This document shows, one piece after another, positions 57,401 to 64,000 of a DNA stretch of 64,000 nucleotides. The DNA is taken from the NCBI RefSeq assembly GCF_964355755.1, contig NC_092674.1, positions 26,598,001 to 26,662,000 of the forward strand, in the 5' to 3' direction. Made by a program: the position numbers and the translations under genes. This DNA comes from Antedon mediterranea (lineage: Eukaryota; Animalia; Echinodermata). Under the pieces are notes generated by a model. It was given only the letters and a program-made list of their open reading frames with translations, had not been told where the DNA came from and ran no database searches. Every line of letters starts with the position of its first letter. Position 1 is the stretch's first letter.

Positions 57401-60400
57401 TCAGCCACTCCTGTAAGTGAGAAACCAGAAGAGGTAGTTGAACCAGAGGTGATGGAGGTTGAGGAGGATGTCAAAGACAGCTGGGATGATGTCAAAGATG
57501 ACTGGGAAGAAGAAATTGAGGTGGCGAAATCACCCACTGAAGCAGGTACAACAGGTTCATTGATAAGGACAATTTTGTCAAGACTATCTATAATTATTCT
57601 ATGTGCTACAAATATAACCATAATAATTTTCAAAAACAAACAAATAAAATTTGTTGTGCAATATCATTGTCTATACAGTTTTGTGTATAGTGTATAAATG
57701 TGTTTTCACAAAAAGTGACAGTCTTGGTACGGTACACTGTTTGTGAGAACAGCAGTATCTGTTCAATCAAATAATACTGCCGATTGGAGGAGGGCTTTTA
57801 CTCGTATTTAATATATCTTTTTACAGATGCGAATAATATGAATATTTACAAATATAATTTATTTATTACAAAATTTAGAACCAAAAGTAAAACTTGAAAC
57901 AAAGAAATCTGTAGATGAATCAGTTGAGGATGACGAGGAAGAAGATGGAGAAGAAAGTGATGGTGAGGAGGATGAGGAAGGAAGTGAAGAGGAAAGCGAG
58001 AGTGAGGAAGAATCATCGTCAGAAGAGGAGGAAGATGATTTATCTCCAGCAGAAAGAGCACGAGCGAAAGCTGTGAAAAGGATTCAGGTACCATCTTTGC
58101 ATACAAATTCAACATGAAAATTGAAATTATAATCATTTTAGTTTTAAAAATGACAAATTTACAGTTAAAATTAGGAGCCTAGAAATCCCAAATGCTTCCT
58201 TATCATGGCTTTTAAAATGCATTCTGAATAATTTCACGATTTTATTTATTTGTGTCTTGTCAGCTTTTAGTTAAGTAATTGTTTCCAACAATATTTTATT
58301 CAGAAATGTTTTTTTATTATTAACAACAGCAAAGGAAAGAAGAAGCAGAAAAACATGTGTCCTTGGACAAACTAAGATCACCGGTTGTTTGCGTACTGGG
58401 ACATGTGGACACGGGTAAAACAAAGATCCTGGATAAGGTATGTGTAAATGCAACAGAACAATTGAATTGTTGGTAGGAGGAGTCATTTCTGTGGTATATA
58501 TGGCACCATCTCATAATATATATTCCTGTATCTTGATAAAATACTGATGTAATATTCTTTGATTCAGATAAGGCATACGAATGTACAGGACGGTGAAGCA
58601 GGAGGTATTACTCAGCAAATTGGTGCAACAATGGTACCAGAATCGGCAGTTAGAGAGCAAACAAAGATGTGTAGACAGGTATAAAATGATTTGGTAATAT
58701 CAGTGGTTGTGGTATTGGTGCTAGTGCTGCTGATATTGGTGGTAGTGATGGTATCTGTGCCAGTGATGATGGTATATGTGCCAGTGCTGTTGGTATCTGT
58801 GTCCGTGCTGTTGGTATCTGTGTCAGTGCTGTTGGTATCTGTGTCAGTGCTGTTGGTATCTGTGTCAGTGCTGTTGGTATCTGTGTCAGTGCTGTTGGTA
58901 TCTGTGTCAGTGCTGTTGGTATCTGTGTCAGTGCTGTTGGTATCTGTGTCAGTGCTGTTGGTATCTGTGTCAATGCTGTTGGTATCTGTGTCAATGCTGT
59001 TGGTATCTGTGTCAATGCTGTTGGTATCTGTGTCAATGCTGTTGGTATCTGTGTCAATGATGATGGTATCTGTGCCAGTGCTGTTGGTATCTGTGCCAGT
59101 GCTGTCGGTATCTGTGCCAGTGCTGTTGGTATCTGTGTCAGTGCTGTTGGTATCTGTGTCAGTGCTGTTGGTATCTGTGTCAGTGCTGTTGGTATCTGTG
59201 TCAGTGCTTGTTGGTATCTGTGGTAGTGATTATGGTATCTGTGCCGGTGCTGATGTATCTGTGGTGGTATTGGTTTTTTTCGGTGCCAATTCTGTATATC
59301 TGTGGTAGTATTGGTTTTTACGGGGCCAACTACTGTTGGTATCTGTGGTAGTGATTGTGGTATTGGTGATAGCTGTATGGTGGTGTCATGATAGCAATGA
59401 TTTTGTAAATAGGGAGGCCTACAATGATATTGGTAGAGGCATTTGTAATGGTGCTAATGATATAACTGTAAAGATGATGAAGATTTTAATGATAGCATTG
59501 TTAATATTTTTAATAATGACACTTTCATTTTATTCTTCTTACAGTTTACTAAAACTGATATGAAATTTCCTGGTCTTCTTATCATTGACACGCCTGGTCA
59601 TGAATCGTTCAGCAATTTGAGGACAAGAGGATCATCGTTGTGCGATATTGCAATTCTAGTCGTAGACATTATGCACGGCTTGGAACCACAGACGATTGAG
59701 TCGCTGAATTTGTTAAAATCAAGAAAAACACCATTTGTAGTGGCCTTAAATAAGGTATGTAATGGCCAATTTACACAGCTGAGCGGTAACGGTAATGAAA
59801 ATATAGAATCTATTTTATTTCTTATGACCATGTGCTGAGTGAATGTACAGTTTCCGATAGATACAGATTCTACATGGAACAAGCTATGCAGTTTTCCACT
59901 TACCGTTACCCCTCTAAATACATTCCTATATCTTTTTTATGTACAGCTTTTAAAAAGGACGTTAACACAATACAAGTTTTGCATTTATCTCTGCCATTTT
60001 TATTTATAACAACAACACTGGTTTCAATTTTTTTTTGCCGTAACAGATTGATAGGTTGTATGGTTGGAAACCAAGTCCACATACAGATGTTATGAACACA
60101 ATTAAGAAGCAGAAGAAACACACGCAGGACGAATTTGAAGAAAGAATGAGGGCAGTTGTAACAGAATTTGCGGAACAGGTGAGAATTATATTGCAATTAG
60201 TTGATCTTTTGTTCCATTGGAATGTACGGCCACTCTTTTGGTTTTCAGTAGCAAAGTGATTGAACTGGTTGAGTCATTAGAACAATGCATTGAATAGGAT
60301 GTAGTTTGAGAAACAAAATTGATTTCATATTCATATTATTCTGAGTGCCTTCAAAATAACATATTCAAAATGAAAACAAAATAATATTTCTTATCACTAT

Positions 60401-63400
60401 CTCATTTATTTTTAATAACTGTCCTGTTGAGCCAGGAAAATATTCAATAAACTGTCCCTTCACAAGTATGTACCTTTTTCAATTAGGGGATGAACGCAGC
60501 CCTATTCTATGACAATACTGATGTACGTACATATGTATCGTTGGTGCCAACGTCGGCGCATTCTGGTGACGGAATGGGAAACCTCATTTCTCTAATCATT
60601 GAGTTAAGTCAAACAATGCTGGCGAAGAGACTAATGTTTTCTGAGGAGTTGCAGTGTACAACAATGGAGGTATGTAAATATATCCATTACTCAAACAAAA
60701 AAATTGTGATGTTCCCTTATATGGTCATATCACTACCATATTTGAGCACACTTTTCTTATCAAACTAATTCAAAGTGTAGACAGAGCTTTACATAAAGAA
60801 TGACGACTTTATTGTTTGTTTTTTAGGTCAAATCACTTCCAGGACTTGGAACTACTATAGATGCAATCTTGGTCAATGGTAGACTCCATGAGGGAGATAC
60901 CATTATTGTTGCGGGTCAAGAAGGGCCTATCGTTTCCCAAGTCCGTGGTCTTCTGATGCCACAACCTTTGAAAGAATTAAGAGTCAAAGTAAGTCACTCA
61001 AGAGACGATTATTCTGAAATTGAAAAAATTGAATGTTTTGTTTTGAATAATTATTATATTAGTATCAAAAGCAAAAGGGTAAAATATCCATGTAATATCT
61101 ATATGGTAAAATTATTTTTGGTTGGATTCGAACATAGAACTTTCACTTACAGGATGAGTGCCTTACCCATTAGACCACAGAGGAATTTGATTGTTTTTGT
61201 TTTTTTAAATTGGAAAAGTACAGTCAGTTTAAGAAACAATTGATATGATTTTATGATATGTTAATATCTTGATGTATAACAAGTCAAGTCGCATTTTATT
61301 TACCCCCATTTTTTATGTGTGCCATTATTTGCTTGGTGAATTTTTTCAATTAAATTGCTTTTCTGTTTTTTAGAATCCATATGATAAACATAAAGAAGTA
61401 ATAGCTGCTCAAGGTGTAAAGATTCTAGCAAAGGATATGGAGAAGGCGCTAGCTGGGATGCCACTACTGGCTACAAGATATCCAGATGAAGTGGAAATTA
61501 TGAAGGTAAAACAAACAAAGGATGAGACTATCGGCATGGTCAACCATGCATATAAATTAGTACTTTCTATCCGCGTGGTCAAGTATGCCAATAGTTAATA
61601 TTTGGTGTCAGCATAGTCGACTGCATCAAATTCATTTTTTTGTATTTGCTGACCTTGCAACTAATGCCTTGTTTTTCCATCATTCATAATGCCTTAATTC
61701 TGCACAGAAAACGAGGCTAAATGTCAACCATGCCGATAGAAAAAAATACCATACTGATAGTCACTTCTAATATTATTACATTCAGCTTAATGAGAATGAG
61801 TAGATAAATGGAAGAATACACATACAAAATCAGGAATGAATAGGGAACCTTTTCTAATATGAAACTATAAATAGCATGTCTTTGATTTTTCTGTGTCTAG
61901 GAAGAGGTAGCAGCTGCCTTAAAGGAGGCATTGTTCTCAATCAAGTTAGCTGAGCGAGGTGTCTACGTACAGGCTTCTACACTAGGCTCATTAGAGGCTC
62001 TTCTCGAGTTTCTTAGAACATCTAAAATTCCTGTATGTATTTAAATAATTGTATTTCCATTGTCTTATTTTGCTTGCCATGTAGCACTATCCATTTCGTG
62101 CAAAAAAAGCAATTTTAAAAGATTGATAAAAAAATCTCTGAATATGGGTTTTCCCTTAATATAATTCACTTCAATCAATAAATACTTAAGTAAAATAGTG
62201 AAGTTTCTTTATTAAATATACTTTTATATTGATGTGAAGATTGGATTGTCAACTTTCTTTTTTTTTTGTTGCAGTATGCTGGCATTAACATTGGTCCTGT
62301 TCACAAGAAGGACGTCATGAAGGCCTCGGTAATGTTGGAACATGATGCACAGTAAGTGTACTATCTGTCTGGTTCCAATCCATGTATGTAGGCATGTGTA
62401 GACATGTAACCTTAGTCATGTGTAGACATGTATACCTTTGGCATGTGTAGACATGTAACCTCAGGGATGTGTAGACATGTAACCTTAGGGATGTGTAGAC
62501 ATGTATACCTTTGGCATGTGTAGACATGTAACCTTATGCATGTGTAGACATGTAACCTTAGTCATGTGTAGACATGTAACCTTAGTCATGTGTAGACATG
62601 TAACCTCAGGGATGTGTAGACATGTAACCTTAGGGATGTGTAGACATGTAACCTTAGTCATGTGTAGACATGTAACCTCAGGATGTGTAGACATGTAACC
62701 TTAGTCATGTGTAGACATGTAACCTTAGACATGTGTAGACATGTAACCTTAGTCATGTGTAGACATGTAACCTCAGGGATGTGTAGACATGTAACCTTAG
62801 GGATGTGTAGACATGTAACCTTAGTCATGTGTAGACATGTAACCTCAGGATGTGTAGACATGTAACCTTAGTCATGTGTAGACATGTAACCTTAGACATG
62901 TGTAGACATGTAACCTTAGTCATGTGTAGACATGTAACCTCAGGGATGTGTAGACATGTAACCTTATGCATGTGTAGACATGTAACCTCAGGGATGTGTA
63001 GACATGTAACCTCAGGCATGTGTAGGCATGTAACCTTATGCATGTGTAGACATGTAACCTTATGCATGTGTAGACATGTAACATAAGGCATGTGTAGACA
63101 TGTAACATAAGGCATGTGCAGACATGTAAGCTTAAACATGTGTAAACATGTAACCTAGGCATGTGTAGACATGTAACCTTAGGGATGTCTAGGCATGTAA
63201 CCTTAGGCATGTGTAGACATGTAACCTTAGGCATGTGTAGACATGTAACCTTAGGCATGTGTAGACATGTATGAGGCATGTGTAGACATGTCACCTTTAA
63301 TAGGCATGTGTAGATATGTAACCTTGAACATGCGTAGACATGTAACCTTGAGCATGTGTAGAAAAGCAGTTCATGGTTTTAAAATAGTTATTTTGCTCAT

Positions 63401-63859
63401 TTTTATTTATATTTTTGGGTTATGATAATGCGTTACATATGAAATTTTGAGTAAGTGGATCTGGTTAAATATTATAGTTTGTTGTATGTAGTTATCTAAG
63501 CAATTTCCAATGTTGAGATCTTGTTTTGCTATACTTTAATATATTCTTATTCTAGGTATGCTGTGATTCTAGCATTCGATGTCAAAGTTGAACGTGAGGC
63601 CCAAGAGATGGCCGACAAAGAGGGCATCAAAGTTTTCCAAGCGGACATTATCTACCATTTATTTGACAAATTCATGGCTCACCGAGCAGAAGAAAAGCGC
63701 AAAAAGCGTGAAGAGTTTAAACATGTTGCCGTCTTTCCATGCAAACTGCGAATACTTCCACAACATATATTTAACTCCAGAGACCCTATTGTAATGGGGG
63801 TGATTGTAGAGGCAGGTCAACTTAAGGTCGGGACTCCCATTTGTGTTCCAGCAAAAGAG
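51481..63859 (+). CDS. EIF5B: Eukaryotic translation initiation factor 5B (3' end beyond window)
   Basis: Exons 51481-51536, 53996-54097, 54192-54344, 54713-54841, 54981-55038, 55314-55575, 55945-56055, 56206-56375, 56768-56951, 57207-57278, 57405-57545, 57879-58087, 58330-58437, 58568-58678, 59545-59754, 60047-60178, 60487-60669, 60827-60988, 61374-61505, 61901-62032, 62275-62351, 63556-63859. Charged K/E/D N-terminus (MGKSKKGK.., [14 protein letters not shown]), then the IF2/eIF5B G-domain [104 protein letters not shown]. Confidence 0.96.
51841..53824. mobile_element. Non-autonomous DNA transposon, long sub-repeated TIRs, 8-bp TSD (Mutator/foldback- or Merlin-like)
   Basis: Termini GGTGTCAGATGAAATCGG...CCGATTTCATCGTAAACC; about 150-bp imperfect TIRs with five GAAATCGGTCGC-type subrepeats each; TSD GTAATAAA at 51833-51840 and 53825-53832; no transposase ORF. 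Confidence 0.85.
55043..55205 (+). mobile_element. tRNA-derived SINE (same family as 10667)
   Basis: TGGCTTGGTGG A box, GGTTCAAATCC B box, shared 3' body. Confidence 0.72.
55622..55751. mobile_element. MITE family A copy
   Basis: TTA|AGCTCTGTCTACAC...GTGTAGACAGAGCT|TTA. Confidence 0.85.
56439..56580. mobile_element. MITE family A, 3'-truncated
   Basis: AGCTCTGTCTACACTATCAAA followed by the family internal sequence. Confidence 0.78.
58745..59225. repeat. 21-bp minisatellite in an EIF5B intron
   Basis: GTGCTGTTGGTATCTGTGTCA, about 22 copies, with decaying flanks. Confidence 0.93.
59786..59914. mobile_element. Small inverted-repeat element remnant
   Basis: GAGCGGTAACGGTAA ... TTACCGTTACCCCTC. 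Confidence 0.5.
60701..60788. mobile_element. MITE family A, partial
   Basis: GTCATATCACTACCATATTTG...GTGTAGACAGAGCT|TTA. Confidence 0.75.
61120..61183 (-). mobile_element. tRNA-derived SINE head fragment
   Basis: Minus strand GTGGTCTAATGG..GTTCGAATCC with no intact cloverleaf. Confidence 0.45.
61511..61746 (-). mobile_element. Helentron/DINE-1-like non-autonomous element
   Basis: Subterminal inverted repeats CTATCGGCATGGT (61528) / ACCATGCCGATAG (61727), short palindrome GCATGGTCAACCATGC, flanked by A/T runs. Confidence 0.55.
62390..63360. repeat. 24-bp minisatellite, about 40 units, in an EIF5B intron
   Basis: ATGTGTAGACATGTAACCTTAGTC and variants. Confidence 0.93.
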
Positions 63860-64000
63860 GTGAACATTTGTTGATTAACTGTTAGGTTGAATTGTATAGT
63901 TGCTCACCAGTCTGAAAATCTAACCAACTTAGGCCTAGCAATAGATTGTTAACTTCATCTAGGCCAATCCCATATTGTAGGCTTACAATGATCAACGTTT

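Noticed and set aside
58650-59308. Repetitive ORFs (TQIPTAL)n, (VSVSVLL)n, (CQCCWYL)n
   Set aside because: Translations of a 21-bp minisatellite inside an EIF5B intron whose flanking exons join in frame without it.
60256-60348. C/D-box snoRNA candidate (GTGATTG...CTGA)
   Set aside because: Degenerate C box and no recognisable rRNA antisense element.
62315-63294. (VTCLHM)n and (MCRHVT)n ORFs resembling metal- or heme-binding repeats
   Set aside because: 24-bp intronic minisatellite with frameshifting indels.

Overview
AT-rich, intron-rich animal genomic DNA, probably an invertebrate; not prokaryotic, and no CRISPR, rRNA or intact tRNA was found. Four spliced genes were reconstructed exon by exon by hand. 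(1) The 3' half of a DLC1/STARD13-type RhoGAP-START gene (+, stop at 19283, C-terminus GPETKV). (2) A complete CDKL5 kinase gene (-, 44683 to 26407, about 20 coding exons, about 1045 aa, TEY loop, C-terminus KETAI). (3) A complete TMEM144 gene (-, 50815 to 46178). (4) The 5' part of EIF5B (+, from 51481, running off the window), head-to-head with TMEM144. Introns carry many non-autonomous transposons: about 15 copies of a TWA-TSD PIF/Harbinger-type MITE, Tc1/pogo-type MITEs, a 2-kb TIR element with an 8-bp TSD, tRNA-derived SINEs, a Helentron-like element and a Crypton-like hairpin. Several minisatellites are present, some expanded inside TIR elements. Most notable: a pair of frame-incompatible (mutually exclusive) TMEM144 exons that swap a dileucine sorting motif; several phase-compatible candidate alternative first exons for a SAM-less RhoGAP-START isoform; a GC-AG intron in the CDKL5 kinase domain; and an apparent excess of TACWGTA, the Tc1/mariner excision footprint. 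All coordinates and counts were read by eye.
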